From a virus, in IMG/VR virus record IMGVR_UViG_3300027963_000041, positions 79,096-143,095 of that record: DNA of 64,000 nt, one strand, 5' to 3'. A program made the translations under genes and the position numbers. The notes under the pieces were generated by a model that saw only the letters and a list, made by a program, of their open reading frames with translations, ran no database searches and was not told where the DNA came from. Positions 29,749 to 39,059 of this stretch are shown piece after piece. The first letter of the stretch is position 1, and every line of letters starts with the position of its first letter.

Positions 29749-31893
29749 ATGTTGACAACACAAAATACCAAGACCAATCTAGCCAGGCTTCTGGCAACAG
29801 AAAACATTAACGTAGAGTATCGTAAGACTGATACCGCGTCCTTCAATGTAGAGTCTCGCACCCTTACTCTTCCTGTCTGGAACGATATGACGCCAGAGAT
29901 GGAAGACTTATTAATCGGGCATGAAGTTGGTCACGCCCTTGATACCCCTAGAGAATATGGCAATGAAGACTTGCAAAATTATGGCAAGGGCTTCAAAGGA
30001 TTTCTTAACGTGGTTGAAGATGCGCGAATTGAACGCCGCATTAAAGACCGCTATCCAGGTCTCAAGCGATCCTTCTCGAAAGGTTATGCCGAGTTTGCGG
30101 CGCGTGATTTTTTCAAAGTGAAGAATCAAGACGTAAGCCGCATGTTACTGATTGACCGTATTAATCTTTATTACAAGATTGGTCCTTTCTTCAATGTTAA
30201 ATTCAACGAACAGGAAAACACATTCATTCGTAAAATTGATACTGTTGATTCCTTTGATGGCGTAGTTGCAATTTGCAAAGAATTGTATGATTACTGCAAA
30301 GAAGAGTTAGAAGAAAAACGTCAAGAAGCCTTAGAGCAATTGAAACAAGACCTTGCCGCTGGCAATGACGAAGACTTTGACGATTTTGAAGACTATGATT
30401 CTGACGGTTTTGGTGATGATGAGAATGATGTAGAGTATCAAAATCCAAAAGACTTTAAACCTTCCGATGAAGAAGGCGAAGAAGACAATGACGAATTTGG
30501 TTACAGTAACGAATCAGGAGGCAGTCTGCCTCAAGAGTTAGAACAGTATGACAATGAAGTGAAGTCCGCTACCGATGAAGCCTTGCAAAACTCTCTTCAA
30601 CAAATGACTGAGAAAAAGCAAATTGCTACTGGTAAGATGCCTTCTACTAGCGAATGGAAGTATGATGATGTAATTGTTGATTACAAAAAATTCCTTGGTA
30701 AAATCTTTGATGAGTCTCTAGAAAAATTCGAAGACTACAAGCCAAACATGCTAATGGAATTCGAAGCCAAGAATAAGAATGCTATTCTGTACTTGGTCAA
30801 AGAATTTGAATTGCGTAAGAAAGCCGCTGAGTTGCGCCGTGTGGTTGTCTCTGATACTGGTGTGCTTGATACAAACAAATTGCACACTTACAAATTCAAT
30901 GACGATATTTTCCGCAAGGTTGGTTCAGTAGCCGCTGGTAAGAACCACGGTGTTGTGATGTTCATTGACTGGTCTGGTTCGATGACTGACAACATGAAAG
31001 GTACCATTGAACAGTTGATTACATTGACCACGTTCTGCCGCAAAGTGAATGTGCCGTTCGATGTATACGCATTTACTACTGAATGGAATTGTGAAGCGTT
31101 TAGTGCCGTTGATCCCAAGGATGGTCAACTTGACTTTAGTGGAAAGTTTAATCTACTGAATCTGTTCTCAAGCCGTATGCGTAACCAAGAATATCGCCGT
31201 ATGGGTAATGACTTGTTGAACTATGGTGAGACTATCGGTAATTATTACAAGCGTAGTTTCATTTCAGAAAACATGGGTCTTGGCGGCACTCCGTTGAACA
31301 GCACCATTGCAATTGCAAGTGGCATTGTGAATCGTTTTCGCAAAGCATACAAGGCTGAAGTAGTTGATGTAATCTTTTTGACTGATGGCGAAGATAGTGC
31401 TAGTCTCTATACCAAGTCACCTGAATTTTATGGCTCAATGCGAATTGGTCCTGCACAATACAATTCAATTTCTTATATTGAAGACACGGACACTCACAAG
31501 CGTTATCGCGTTGAGAATGCTGGTGTTACACCAACTCTGCTAGAAATTTTGAAAGACAAGACTGGTTGTGGTTTGATTGGATTCTATATCATGCCACGCG
31601 GCCGCAGAAACTTTGACAATGTGTTAACACGATTGAATGTATTTTCAGTTGATGGTTTTGCAAAATTCAAAAGTGAAAAGTTTTTCGCGATTGATAGTTA
31701 TGGCTATGATCAGTACTTCCTGATTCCTGGCGGTGCCGCTTTGTCTACCGAAGATGAAGACTTGGATGACTTGTTGGGTGAAAACAACAAAGAAGTTACT
31801 ACTCGAAAACTTAAAGGTGCATTTCTCAAGATGAACCAGAACCGATTGACAAACCGCGTCCTACTGTCCAAAGTGATTGAGGAAATGGCTTGA
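29749..31893 (+). CDS. Zincin-like metallopeptidase plus VWA domain protein (CobT-like)
   Basis: HEVGH and EDARIE; acidic linker; MIDAS DWSGS...GGTP...LTDG. Confidence 0.85.
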   Translation: MLTTQNTKTNLARLLATENINVEYRKTDTASFNVESRTLTLPVWNDMTPEMEDLLIGHEVGHALDTPREYGNEDLQNYGKGFKGFLNVVEDARIERRIKDRYPGLKRSFSKGYAEFAARDFFKVKNQDVSRMLLIDRINLYYKIGPFFNVKFNEQENTFIRKIDTVDSFDGVVAICKELYDYCKEELEEKRQEALEQLKQDLAAGNDEDFDDFEDYDSDGFGDDENDVEYQNPKDFKPSDEEGEEDNDEFGYSNESGGSLPQELEQYDNEVKSATDEALQNSLQQMTEKKQIATGKMPSTSEWKYDDVIVDYKKFLGKIFDESLEKFEDYKPNMLMEFEAKNKNAILYLVKEFELRKKAAELRRVVVSDTGVLDTNKLHTYKFNDDIFRKVGSVAAGKNHGVVMFIDWSGSMTDNMKGTIEQLITLTTFCRKVNVPFDVYAFTTEWNCEAFSAVDPKDGQLDFSGKFNLLNLFSSRMRNQEYRRMGNDLLNYGETIGNYYKRSFISENMGLGGTPLNSTIAIASGIVNRFRKAYKAEVVDVIFLTDGEDSASLYTKSPEFYGSMRIGPAQYNSISYIEDTDTHKRYRVENAGVTPTLLEILKDKTGCGLIGFYIMPRGRRNFDNVLTRLNVFSVDGFAKFKSEKFFAIDSYGYDQYFLIPGGAALSTEDEDLDDLLGENNKEVTTRKLKGAFLKMNQNRLTNRVLLSKVIEEMA

Positions 31894-31918
31894 CATGCCG
31901 CCCCTTTTGGGGTATACT
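31890..31918 (+). promoter_or_regulatory. Early sigma70-type promoter
   Basis: TTGACA-17-TATACT. Confidence 0.8.
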
Positions 31919-31958
31919 ATGTGTATTGTGATTGATAATTTGATGAAGGACTTATATT

Positions 31959-33137
31959 ATGATTTCCCAAAGTGAAAAGGTTGCGTTTCTGACTGAAGCC
32001 GCCAAGCGTTATGGCAACACCGCCACTCGCCAACAACTTGTTGCATTGTCGAGTGAAGGCTACGGCCGCCAGTTCTGGCTTGAGGCTGATAAATATCGGG
32101 TTGGTCGTGGCACCTATCAGTTGCCGCTTGATGAATTCAATATCAATTTAACCGGTGCTACTGCAACCGTTATCGAAATGCCTAAAAAAGAATACATTGC
32201 ACCGGTTGCAAAACCCGTAGCAAAAATTTCATCCGTTGGTCGCGTTGAAGAAGGTGCGATTGTTCCAAAAGTGAATAGTCTGTATGTGCCGTTTGGCTTC
32301 TTTGACAAGATGAAAGCAATTGTTGCTAGTCAACGATTCTATCCTGTTTTCGTTTCTGGCTTGTCTGGTAACGGCAAGACCTTCATGGTCGAACAATCTT
32401 GCGCCCAAGCAAAACGTGAATTCTTGCGAGTGAATATCTCGCCTGAAACCGATGAAGATGATTTGATCGGTGGCTTCCGTTTGATTGATGGCGAGACCAA
32501 GTGGTTCGATGGTCCTGTTATTCAAGCAATGAAACGTGGTTCAGTTTTAGTGCTTGATGAAATTGATCGTGGCTCTAACAAACTTATGTGTATGCAAGGC
32601 GTCCTTGAAGGCAAGGGCATCCTAGTCAAAAAGACTGGTGAGTATGTTGAACCTGTTACGGGTTTCAACGTGGTTGCTACTGCAAACACCAAAGGTAAAG
32701 GTGATGAGACTGGTCGCTACATGGCGGCTACGATTCTTGATGACGCCTTTCTTGAGCGTTTTCCAATTACTGTTGAACAGGAATATCCTGACACTAAGAT
32801 TGAGACTAAGATTCTCGCCAAAGTGTTTGATAGCCTCGGTATCAAAGACAAAGACTTTGTTGACAACCTTGTGAAGTGGGCTGACATTATCCGTAAGACC
32901 TTCCAAGAAGGTGCGATTGATGAATTGATTTCCACTCGCCGTCTTGTCCACATTGCTGAAGCCTACACTATCTTTAATAACAAGATGGATGCAATTCAGT
33001 ATTGTATCAACCGATTCGATGCTGAAACAAAGTCTGCCTTTCTTGATTTGTACACCAAGATTGATGCTGGCATTGATCCTACTGCACAACCTGAAGTGAT
33101 GGCAGAAGAACCTAAGCGTGATGAAGTTCCGTTCTAA
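31959..33137 (+). CDS. MoxR/CobS-like AAA+ ATPase
   Basis: GLSGNGKT, DLIGG, LVLDEID, ATANTKG, AFLERF, STRRL. Confidence 0.9.
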   Translation: MISQSEKVAFLTEAAKRYGNTATRQQLVALSSEGYGRQFWLEADKYRVGRGTYQLPLDEFNINLTGATATVIEMPKKEYIAPVAKPVAKISSVGRVEEGAIVPKVNSLYVPFGFFDKMKAIVASQRFYPVFVSGLSGNGKTFMVEQSCAQAKREFLRVNISPETDEDDLIGGFRLIDGETKWFDGPVIQAMKRGSVLVLDEIDRGSNKLMCMQGVLEGKGILVKKTGEYVEPVTGFNVVATANTKGKGDETGRYMAATILDDAFLERFPITVEQEYPDTKIETKILAKVFDSLGIKDKDFVDNLVKWADIIRKTFQEGAIDELISTRRLVHIAEAYTIFNNKMDAIQYCINRFDAETKSAFLDLYTKIDAGIDPTAQPEVMAEEPKRDEVPF

Positions 33138-33156
33138 TTAAAGCGGTACTAATTAG

Positions 33157-33183
33157 AAGTGGTCACAATTTGTGACCACTTTT
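33157..33183 (+). terminator. Perfect 12-bp inverted repeat (terminator or operator)
   Basis: AAGTGGTCACAA-T-TTGTGACCACTT. Confidence 0.6.
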
Positions 33184-33189
33184 CGCATA

Positions 33190-33197
33190 TATAAATA
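33190..33197 (+). promoter_or_regulatory. Late promoter
   Basis: TATAAATA before the glycosyltransferase-like gene. Confidence 0.7.
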
Positions 33198-33225
33198 TAC
33201 TACAATTCTTTTTTATGGAGAAATT

Positions 33226-34065
33226 ATGCAACTTGAGATGAATATTGAACAATTGCGCGGTAAGAAAATCTTCCTCGCCACACCAATGTATGGTGGAGTT
33301 TGTCATGGTGCTTATACCAAAGCACTTGCAGACTTGATGATTCTAGCAACCAAACATGCCATTGATGTTAAACTGTATTTCATGTTTAACGAATCCCTAA
33401 TCACCCGCGCACGAAACTATCTAGCAGATGAATTCCTGCGAAGTGGTTATGACTATTTGCTATTCATTGATAGCGATATTCATTTTGAAGCACAAGACGT
33501 TTTAGTGCTTTCGCACTTTGCTATCAACAATGATAATATGGATGTTATCTGTGGTCCATATCCAAAGAAAGCAATTTCTTGGGAGAAGATCAAGCAAGCA
33601 GTTGACCGTGGATTCGCAGACAAGAATCCATTATTGCTTGAAGAATTTGTTGGTGACTATGTTTTCAATCCTGCTGATGGTATCACACAATTCAAAATTG
33701 ATGAACCAGTCGAAGTGAAAGAAGGCGGCACAGGCTTCATGCTTATCAAGCGTACTGCATTCGAAGCATGGGATAAAGCATATCCAGAAAGATCATACAA
33801 GCCTGATCATGTGCGTACAAAATCGTTTGATGGTAGCCGTGAGATTATGGCTTACTTTGATTGCGTTATTGATCCAGAATCAAAGCGTTATCTTTCCGAA
33901 GATTATATGTTCTGCCAACACTCAAGAGCAATTGGTTTGAAAGTTTGGATGCTTCCTTGGATTAAATTGAAACACGCAGGTACTTATATCTTTGGCGGTT
34001 CTCTTGCCGCACTCGCCGCAGTTGGTGCATCACCTACTGCAAGTGATAATGCACCTAAAAAATAA
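33226..34065 (+). CDS. GT-A fold glycosyltransferase-like protein
   Basis: ATPMYGG, SLITRARN, LLFIDSD (DxD), GTGFMLI, SEDY. Confidence 0.7.
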   Translation: MQLEMNIEQLRGKKIFLATPMYGGVCHGAYTKALADLMILATKHAIDVKLYFMFNESLITRARNYLADEFLRSGYDYLLFIDSDIHFEAQDVLVLSHFAINNDNMDVICGPYPKKAISWEKIKQAVDRGFADKNPLLLEEFVGDYVFNPADGITQFKIDEPVEVKEGGTGFMLIKRTAFEAWDKAYPERSYKPDHVRTKSFDGSREIMAYFDCVIDPESKRYLSEDYMFCQHSRAIGLKVWMLPWIKLKHAGTYIFGGSLAALAAVGASPTASDNAPKK

Positions 34066-34072
34066 AGGATGA

Positions 34073-34426
34073 ATGATGCCTAAACTAGATGATGAAGTTG
34101 ATACTTTTCCAATGTTCAGAGATGCACCTCGACTAGAAAAGACATACATGGTTGCAACACCATACAAATTCAACGAAGGCGATATAATCGCCGAAGTGAA
34201 AAAATATGTGGATTCCACATATGAAGAACACTATGCAAGAACTAAATTTCAAGCCACGGAGTTTATTCTTGATGGTGGGCATGGTGATGGTTTTTGCATT
34301 GGTAACATCATGAAGTATGCACAACGCTACGGAAAGAAAGATGGATACAATCGCAAAGACTTGCTAAAAATTATTCACTATGCTATAATTGCTATACATA
34401 ATCATGATATGAATGAGAGGAAATAA
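34073..34426 (+). CDS. DUF3310/T7 gp1.7-like nucleotide kinase-family protein
   Basis: HY, GFCIGNIMKYAQRYGKKDG, DLLKIIHY. Confidence 0.65.
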   Translation: MMPKLDDEVDTFPMFRDAPRLEKTYMVATPYKFNEGDIIAEVKKYVDSTYEEHYARTKFQATEFILDGGHGDGFCIGNIMKYAQRYGKKDGYNRKDLLKIIHYAIIAIHNHDMNERK

Positions 34427-34429
34427 ATT

Positions 34430-35095
34430 ATGAAATTATCTGAAAACACGGTCAATGTTCTCCGCAACTTTGCAACAATCAACCAAGGGCTAGTCTTCAA
34501 GTCTGGCAACACCTTGCGTACTGTAAGCAAACAACAAAACGTACTTGCAAAGGCAACTGTCACAGAATCTTTTGACAATAACTTTGCAATCTATGATTTG
34601 AATCGTTTTCTTGCGGTTCTATCTTCAATGAACGATCCTAACTTGACTGTTGGTACCGGCAACGTGAAGATTGCATCTGGCACATCAAAAACAACTTATG
34701 GTCTTTCTGATGAGACTATGGTCGTATCTGCACCAGACAATGACATTTCGGTGCAAAATGCCGAAGTGAAATTTACACTCACAAAAGACAATCTTGCACA
34801 GGTTCTCAAATTGTCAGGCGTTCTCGGCTTACCTAACATTGCTGTGCGAGGTAATCGTAAGAAAATTTCTATCGCCGCAGTTGATGTAAAGAATCAAGAC
34901 TCTGATGTTTTCTCGGTTGACGTAGGCGATACTGATGCAGAATTCCAATTCATTTTTGTTACAGAAAACTTCAAGATGATTCCTGGTGACTATGAAGTAC
35001 AAATCTCTTCAAAGGGTGTTGCACACTTCAAGTCTAAGAAAGATCCACTAGAGTATTGGATTGCAACCGAAGTTGGTTCTAAGTTCGAGGCGTAA
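34430..35095 (+). CDS. gp45: Sliding clamp gp45
   Basis: MKLSENT..LRNFATIN, IYDLNRFL, PGDYEV, YWIA. Confidence 0.93.
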   Translation: MKLSENTVNVLRNFATINQGLVFKSGNTLRTVSKQQNVLAKATVTESFDNNFAIYDLNRFLAVLSSMNDPNLTVGTGNVKIASGTSKTTYGLSDETMVVSAPDNDISVQNAEVKFTLTKDNLAQVLKLSGVLGLPNIAVRGNRKKISIAAVDVKNQDSDVFSVDVGDTDAEFQFIFVTENFKMIPGDYEVQISSKGVAHFKSKKDPLEYWIATEVGSKFEA

Positions 35096-35096
35096 T

Positions 35097-35306
35097 ATGA
35101 AAATTGCTGATGGTATTTTTGATTTGACTCGCGAAGAGTATGTTGCCGTTTTACAAAACGAAATTGAAACTTTACGCCGTTACTACTTCAAGCCTCAAGA
35201 AGAAGGAACAGGACAGTACAATACTGCAATTTCTGTTCTAGAATCTAGAGTGCAAGAGATTAATGAACAACTAAACCACTTGGTTCAAAGTTATGGTCAA
35301 CTATGA
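35097..35306 (+). CDS. Hypothetical protein
   Basis: Tightly packed ORF. Confidence 0.55.
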   Translation: MKIADGIFDLTREEYVAVLQNEIETLRRYYFKPQEEGTGQYNTAISVLESRVQEINEQLNHLVQSYGQL

Positions 35307-35689
35307 ACTCAAGAAGAAACTTTCTGACAGGATCAGCGAAGGGGGCGAGTATCTTTGGGGCGTTCTTGGGAGGTTTGGCGGCTCCTGTGATTGTGGAACG
35401 TGTAGTGGAAACACAAGTGCCCTTTTCACCTCCCTCTCTACCGACAGTCGATCCGAAAGTCGTAGAGAAGATTAAAGAGTCTGCGCCATCAGGTATTTTA
35501 GAACTTCATAGAACCTATGGTGAAGTTGTACCGCCTAAACCTAACTCATCACCATTTGTGATCACCAATGGTGAACCAAAATTTGTTCCTGGTACAGAGA
35601 ACAATGTTCGTGTTGGTATGATGGTCGGACCTGATGGTGAACTTTATATCAGAGTTAAAGACGATTGGAAAAGAGTTTTAACAACCTGA
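35303..35689 (+). CDS. Hypothetical protein with twin-arginine (Tat)-like signal
   Basis: MNSRRNFL followed by a hydrophobic stretch. Confidence 0.6.
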   Translation: MNSRRNFLTGSAKGASIFGAFLGGLAAPVIVERVVETQVPFSPPSLPTVDPKVVEKIKESAPSGILELHRTYGEVVPPKPNSSPFVITNGEPKFVPGTENNVRVGMMVGPDGELYIRVKDDWKRVLTT

Positions 35690-35718
35690 TTGCACTCTAA
35701 CATGTTTTATGTTAGAAT
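35690..35718 (+). promoter_or_regulatory. sigma70-type promoter for gp44
   Basis: TTGCAC-17-TAGAAT with extended TG. Confidence 0.6.
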
Positions 35719-35747
35719 ATATTTTTATGTTATGAATGAGGTGCTAT

Positions 35748-36686
35748 ATGATGGAAAACTTTTTATGGGTAGAAAAGTATCGCCCTAAAAAAATTGCAGA
35801 CACAATTCTGCCAACTGATCTAAAACAAACTTTTACTGAGTTTGTAAATCAAAAAGAAGTACCCAATCTTATCCTCGCTGGCGGTCCTGGCGTTGGTAAG
35901 ACTACTGTTGCAAAAGCAATGCTTGAAGAACTTGGCTGTTCTTACATTGTGATCAATGGTTCTATGAATGGTAACATTGACACACTACGCAATGAAATTA
36001 AAAACTTTGCATCAACTATATCTTTTAAAGGTGGAAGAAAATATGTCATTCTTGACGAGGCTGACTACCTTAACCCACAGTCTACGCAACCTGCCTTGCG
36101 TAACTTCATGGAAGAGTATTCTGCTAATTGTGGTTTTATACTCACTTGTAACTTTCTTAACCGTATCATTGCTCCCCTACATTCCAGATGTTCCGTTATA
36201 CAGTTTAAAATAGCGGCATCTGATAAGCCAAAACTCGCGGCACAGTTTATGAAGCGAGTGGAGATGATTCTCAAAACCGAAAAGGTTGAATACGATCAGA
36301 AGGTTGTAGCAGAATTAATTCTCAAACACTTTCCTGATTGGCGCAGGGTTCTCAATGAACTTCAGCGTTATTCTGCTACAGGTAAAATTGACACCGGCTT
36401 GCTTGCAAACATCTCTGATGTTTCGATGAAGAAACTTATGCAAGCGATCAAAGACAAAGACTTTTCAACTGCGCGTAAGTGGGTTGTTGATAATTTAGAT
36501 AACGACCCCGCGGTTCTGTATCGCAACTTCTTTGATAATGCTGTTGAATACTTTACGCCGCAATCTGTTCCACAACTTGTGGTTCTTCTTGGTGAATATC
36601 AATACAAGTCTGCATTTGTTGCTGATCAAGAAATTAACATGGTTGCGTTTCTCACCGAAGTGATGGCGTCATGTGAAGCAAAATGA
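35748..36686 (+). CDS. gp44: Clamp loader large subunit gp44
   Basis: LWVEKYRP, GPGVGKTT, ILDEAD, SRC. Confidence 0.95.
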   Translation: MMENFLWVEKYRPKKIADTILPTDLKQTFTEFVNQKEVPNLILAGGPGVGKTTVAKAMLEELGCSYIVINGSMNGNIDTLRNEIKNFASTISFKGGRKYVILDEADYLNPQSTQPALRNFMEEYSANCGFILTCNFLNRIIAPLHSRCSVIQFKIAASDKPKLAAQFMKRVEMILKTEKVEYDQKVVAELILKHFPDWRRVLNELQRYSATGKIDTGLLANISDVSMKKLMQAIKDKDFSTARKWVVDNLDNDPAVLYRNFFDNAVEYFTPQSVPQLVVLLGEYQYKSAFVADQEINMVAFLTEVMASCEAK

Positions 36687-37168
36687 CAAGACGAAAATTG
36701 TCAGGTTTTGATAGACTGCATAACACAATCAAACGCAATGCAATTTACTTAGATGAACGCACACAAGAGTGGAAGATAGATTCTTCTACAAACCATAAGC
36801 GTTGGAAAGATGTAGCAAATGATTGGCAACCAAAGAAACTTTTTCTTACAGTAAAAAACTTAGAAGACATTTGGAATGCACAAGGCAGAGTTTGCTACTG
36901 GTTTAAAATTCCATTAGACTTTAATCTACTCAATGCTACTTACACTCATTATGTGCGTAAACATCCTCTAGCGCCATCAGTAGATCGAATTGACGATAGT
37001 GGAGACTACACAAAAGAAAACGTAGTCATATGTTGCCGTCTTGCGAACTACGGAAGGAACGAATATCCTTATGATAAATTTCATGATATAATCAATGTAG
37101 TGACTCGAAAGAAAGAACACTATGTTCCTGATATTATTAATTTTATAACTGGACCTTATACATCATGA
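36683..37168 (+). CDS. Putative beta-beta-alpha-Me (HNH-like) free-standing endonuclease
   Basis: QGRVCYW...PSVDRIDDSGDYTKENVVICCRLAN. Confidence 0.65.
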   Translation: MTRRKLSGFDRLHNTIKRNAIYLDERTQEWKIDSSTNHKRWKDVANDWQPKKLFLTVKNLEDIWNAQGRVCYWFKIPLDFNLLNATYTHYVRKHPLAPSVDRIDDSGDYTKENVVICCRLANYGRNEYPYDKFHDIINVVTRKKEHYVPDIINFITGPYTS

Positions 37169-37578
37169 ATCCTTTTGACTATATCAATGCAATTAATCAG
37201 AGCAAAGAGAACCTCATGGTCGGCTCTGATAACGATGAATTGGCAGAAAAGGTGTACGATCCTTACATCACAAATCGTGGATTATCTTTTTTTGCCGATA
37301 CGATTCTCTATGCTAATGAGATGAATCGCCTATGTTTACTAGATAAAAAACCTCAATTCTCCTATTTACTAAATAGTGTGAGACCACGGAAGCGTTGGAG
37401 CAAGTGGTTGAAAAAAGAAAAGATTGAGGAAGTGGATATCATTTCGGAATATTTTGGCTATAGCAAATCTAAGTCTAAGGATATCATTAAACTTCTCACC
37501 GATGAACAAATAAAAATTATAAAATCTAAATTAGAAAAAGGTGGGCCTACCACTAAGGAGAAGAATAATGAGCGTTGA
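37165..37578 (+). CDS. gp62: Clamp loader small subunit gp62
   Basis: PFDYINAIN, NRGLS, ANEMN, EYFGYS. Confidence 0.9.
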   Translation: MNPFDYINAINQSKENLMVGSDNDELAEKVYDPYITNRGLSFFADTILYANEMNRLCLLDKKPQFSYLLNSVRPRKRWSKWLKKEKIEEVDIISEYFGYSKSKSKDIIKLLTDEQIKIIKSKLEKGGPTTKEKNNER

Positions 37579-37966
37579 AAATTTGTTAGAGGTGACGCTG
37601 AAAGAAGAAGATGATTTTCTAAAAGTGAGAGAAACATTGACCCGCATAGGCGTTGCATCCAGAAAAGATAAAAAACTATTCCAGTCTTGCCACATTCTAC
37701 ATAAGAAGGGCAAGTATTACATTGTACATTTTAAAGAACTATTTGCATTAGATGGCAAAGGAACAGACTTTGATGACAATGATATGGGTAGACGAAATAC
37801 AATTGCCAAACTACTCGAAGAATGGGGTTTGGTAAAAGTTGTAAATAAAAATGCAGTAGAAGCACCTGTTGCGCCATTGTCTCAAATTAAGATTCTATCT
37901 TATGGCGAAAGAGATGATTGGGAACTCATTACCAAATATAGCATCGGAACTAAAAAGAGAGTATGA
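37568..37966 (+). CDS. regA: Translational repressor RegA
   Basis: DFLKVRETLTRIG, QSCHILHK.GKYYIVHFKELF. Confidence 0.95.
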   Translation: MSVENLLEVTLKEEDDFLKVRETLTRIGVASRKDKKLFQSCHILHKKGKYYIVHFKELFALDGKGTDFDDNDMGRRNTIAKLLEEWGLVKVVNKNAVEAPVAPLSQIKILSYGERDDWELITKYSIGTKKRV

Positions 37967-38403
37967 TGGAAGAACTTATTAGCGAAATGAAGGTTGCACT
38001 TGCAACCGCCTTTACATACCAACTCAAAGCACACTACTATCATTGGAATGTAGAGGGTCCAGATTTCCCTCAGTACCACGAATTACTTGGTAAAATTTAT
38101 CAAGATGTGCATGATAGTGTCGATCAGTTTGCCGAAGAGATTCGCGCACTTGATGCATATGCGCCTGGCAGTTATACCAGATTCTCAGAACTTTCTCTAG
38201 TCGAGGAAGACAATACACTTGTACCAGCAAATGTCATGTTTAGTCGTTTGTTGAATGATACATATATTGTAGTCGAACATTTAACTGCTGTATACGAATT
38301 GTGTGAGAACAATAAAAAATATGGGTTGAACGATTTTATTGCAGGTAGAATTGACACCCTAAATAAATTTGCGTGGCAGTTAAAAGCAACGCTAAAAATT
38401 TGA
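37963..38403 (+). CDS. dps: Dps-family ferritin-like protein
   Basis: HYYHWNVEG..F...H, D..AEEIRAL, AWQL. Confidence 0.88.
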   Translation: MMEELISEMKVALATAFTYQLKAHYYHWNVEGPDFPQYHELLGKIYQDVHDSVDQFAEEIRALDAYAPGSYTRFSELSLVEEDNTLVPANVMFSRLLNDTYIVVEHLTAVYELCENNKKYGLNDFIAGRIDTLNKFAWQLKATLKI

Positions 38404-38428
38404 CAATAGCATAGTAATATGTTATAAT
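38400..38428 (+). promoter_or_regulatory. Consensus sigma70 promoter
   Basis: TTGACA-17-TATAAT with extended TG. Confidence 0.88.
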
Positions 38429-38487
38429 CACCTTTGGCGATGGGTTACATCGCCGTTTTAATCATTAACTTTGAATGGAGTAATACT

Positions 38488-38715
38488 ATGTCTTTTGTAA
38501 ATACCACTAAAACTCAGGTTGAGTATCTTGTTTCTTACCTTCGCGGTACGAATCGTGGTTTGAGCGCACCACAGGCTCGCGCCCTGTTCGGCATCAAGAA
38601 CCTTCGCGCACGAATCTCTGACCTTCGTCAGATGGGATTCAAAGTTCGCAAGAACACAAATACTGAAGGTCGTACCACATATTTTGTGTCACGCCGCATG
38701 ATTGGCCAAGCATAA
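38488..38715 (+). CDS. Winged helix-turn-helix protein
   Basis: LSAPQARALFGIKNLRARISDLRQMG pattern; GGAG RBS. Confidence 0.7.
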   Translation: MSFVNTTKTQVEYLVSYLRGTNRGLSAPQARALFGIKNLRARISDLRQMGFKVRKNTNTEGRTTYFVSRRMIGQA

Positions 38716-38718
38716 TCA

Positions 38719-38726
38719 TATAAATA
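38719..38726 (+). promoter_or_regulatory. Late promoter
   Basis: TATAAATA at the start of a structured leader. Confidence 0.7.
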
Positions 38727-38731
38727 AGTAT

Positions 38732-38802
38732 ATCCTCGGGATGGGGACCTGTGGGGTGCGACACAGGAAAAACGCACATTACCGTCACGCCTTCGGGGTG
38801 GC
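38732..38802 (+). ncRNA. Structured cis-regulatory RNA: H-type pseudoknot plus UUCG hairpin
   Basis: CCTGTG/CACAGG stem 1, GTGCG/CGCAC stem 2; downstream cUUCGg hairpin. Confidence 0.6.
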
Positions 38803-38836
38803 ATTTTAACTTTACTCGCTTAATAAGGAGCAAACT

Positions 38837-39049
38837 ATGCTAATGTACGCAAACATGGCTATTGACGCCATTCAATCTGGTAAGACCGCTTGGTTGAACC
38901 AATACGTTCAGGACAAATCTGTCCGCGAACCTCTCCAACAATTTGTAACTGCTCAAACTGAGTTTACTAAACAAATCGCTAAAACTTTTTGGGAAGTAAC
39001 TGGTTCTGCAACGCAAGCCGCTGTAGGCAAAGTATTTACATCTAAGTAA
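38837..39049 (+). CDS. Hypothetical helical protein
   Basis: TAAGGAG RBS. Confidence 0.7.
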   Translation: MLMYANMAIDAIQSGKTAWLNQYVQDKSVREPLQQFVTAQTEFTKQIAKTFWEVTGSATQAAVGKVFTSK

Positions 39050-39059
39050 GGAGAACACC

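Noticed and set aside
29749-33137. Cobalamin biosynthesis (cobS/cobT)
   Set aside because: No cobN or other cob genes in the window; the protease motif points to a MoxR-VWA role
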